Origin: Tubulanus polymorphus
Taxonomy: Eukaryota > Animalia > Nemertea
Reading direction: 5' to 3'
DNA: 64,000 nt
Assembly (NCBI RefSeq): GCF_964204645.1
Contig: NC_134030.1
Span: 8,413,122-8,477,121, forward strand
Shown here: positions 63,092-64,000 of the stretch, in pieces
How the letters are laid out: each line of letters opens with the position of its first letter
How positions within the stretch are numbered: the first letter of the stretch is position 1
Notes under the pieces: generated by a model
The model's database searches: none
What the model saw: only the letters and a program-made list of their open reading frames with translations
Told to the model about the DNA's origin: nothing
Program-made: the position numbers and the translations under genes

Positions 63092-64000
63092 ATGAATTTA
63101 ATGTTAATTCAGCTTTCAATCCGCCGCGTATGGTTCACGATACTGGTTGCCGTTGGTTTTCTTACCGTATATACAATAACGCTGGACTGGCGTTGGGGTA
63201 GTCCGGCAGAATTCGCCGCGATAAAGAAGGAACCCGACGACTGGGCGGTGATTGGAGCGTGGCCATCGAATATCACTACGACAGACAATCGCCTCGTACC
63301 GGCGGCCTATGGAGACACTGCTGCCGGCGTTATCGAAGAGAACGGTATGCTACTCGGCTGTAGCCCAAAAATACCGAAGATCATTCATCAAACATGGAAA
63401 ACGAAAGAGGTTCCGGTTCGCTTTAGCAGGTAAGATACTAATATGTTGTAACGTTAGTTGTCGAATAAACACTATAATCCGTGTATACTGTAGATGATGG
63501 TGGTGGTGGTGTCATTCCACCTGATGATGGTTGTTAGTCAACAGCCGAAACGTTGTGGTTCCCTAATGATAAATTTGATCGTATAATTTTAAATTCGAAG
63601 TGTGGGATTTCTTCATTTATGTTGTAACGTTTTCGTTTGTTCTACCATTAACCATCTCGATTCATGTAAATCAAACAGTTATACACTTTTCATATGTCGT
63701 GCGATATACAAATTGAGCGCATTGTAACTGGTTAAATACAATGAATGGTAGGTTAGTCAGGAAATATCAGTGCTTCTTGTAATAAACAAAGCGCTTGGAA
63801 CCCTGGACGAAGAGAAATATTCGTCAACCTATCGGACGTTTCTTTTTGCCGGTCGTTTCTTGTAGATATCGGTGACTGGATGACTTGCCTGGGTCTGGTT
63901 CGGTTTTTTATATCAAATTCAATTTTTGTTATTTCAGCTGTATAGAAAGCTGGTTAAAGCTGCACCCGGATTGGGAATACTGGTTTTGGACGGATGAACT
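63092..64000 (+). CDS. Glycosyltransferase family 32 (OCH1/SUR1-like), 5' part; exons 63092-63429 and 63938->64000
   Basis: Type II TM anchor, then IPKIIHQTWKT..VP, spliced in phase 2 to SCIESWLKLHPDWEYWFWTDE, the classic GT32 N-terminal signature. Truncated by the window end. Confidence 0.88.
63517..63558 (+). ncRNA. Minimal type I hammerhead ribozyme motif (Penelope-type) in GT32 intron 1
   Basis: Stem I ccac/gtgg; intact core CTGATGA plus an inserted T; stem II ggttgtt/aacagcc with loop agtc; GAAA; palindromic ACGT stem III; U16.1-U17. Confidence 0.7.

Overview
Eukaryotic, AT-rich genomic DNA with spliceosomal (GT-AG) introns from an invertebrate animal. The gene content looks lophotrochozoan, but that is inference. 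I could hand-splice eight protein-coding genes: (1) the 3' half of BZW/5MP (eIF5-mimic, W2 domain); (2) a 12-exon MOXD1/DBH-like protein that has lost most of its copper ligands; (3) a GPI-anchored Ly6/quiver-like three-finger protein; (4) a small two-exon single-pass membrane protein whose 10.4-kb intron hosts (5) an intronless FAM187-like Ig-TSP1-Ig-TM gene on the same strand; (6) a 142-aa secreted precursor with CxxxC...CxxxC and five dibasic sites; (7) a somatomedin-B class-B/Methuselah-like GPCR; (8) the start of a GT32 glycosyltransferase. Non-coding DNA holds several MITE/foldback elements, a decayed LINE RT fragment, a (TA)n microsatellite, two CRE clusters and a family of Penelope-type minimal hammerhead ribozyme repeats. 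The most notable observations are the monooxygenase pseudoenzyme, the unrecognised peptide precursor, the same-strand nested gene and the hammerhead motifs. All coordinates were read by eye and no database searches were run.
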